Part shown: piece by piece, positions 63,979-64,000 of the stretch
Position numbering within the stretch: position 1 is the first letter of the stretch
Layout: every line of letters starts with the position of its first letter
NCBI GenBank assembly: GCA_044892525.1
Contig: CM097885.1
Coordinates: 8,620,001-8,684,000, forward strand
Source of the DNA: Schmidtea polychroa
Lineage: Eukaryota
Length of the DNA stretch: 64,000 nucleotides
Reading direction: 5' to 3'
Translations under genes and position numbers: made by a program
Notes under the pieces: model-generated
The model's input: the letters and a program-made list of their open reading frames with translations, nothing else
The model's database searches: none
What the model was told of the DNA's origin: nothing

Positions 63979-64000
63979 TTTACCTTTGTTAATTTTACAT

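Overview
Very AT-rich, repeat-dense eukaryotic (animal) DNA with short (about 35-75 nt) GT-AG introns. The composition suggests an invertebrate such as a flatworm, but that is inference. Host genes: a spliced zyg-11-like gene (minus strand, runs off the left edge) with a decayed HSP90 fragment in an intron, a PAN/C-type-lectin-like gene, and a divergent CHD3/4 (Mi-2)-like remodeller. Many DNA transposon relics are present (hAT, piggyBac, Tc1/mariner, Harbinger MITEs, a Helitron), plus a rearranged Penelope-like element. The centrepiece is an 11.9 kb Polinton/Maverick (adintovirus-like) element at 16185-28086, with both AGTAG...CTACT terminal inverted repeats (TIRs) and a 6-bp target-site duplication (TSD). 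It carries a full virion and integration module (packaging ATPase, integrase, minor and major capsid, protease, core proteins) but no DNA polymerase. Its cargo includes a spliced Bcl-2 homologue, a TBP-like protein and a 5-exon acidic protein with tandem SUMO-interacting motifs. I infer nine spliceosomal introns in it, one made almost wholly of (ATT)n and lying next to a catalytic Asp of the integrase. Other Polinton pieces lie nearby: a second terminus at 29182, a truncated protein-primed polB at 55.7-57.9 kb, a third terminus at 60168, and a tandem array of spliced RING-finger genes that share their 3' flank with the left accessory slot of the main element. All protein calls come from motif recognition by eye; no database search was run.
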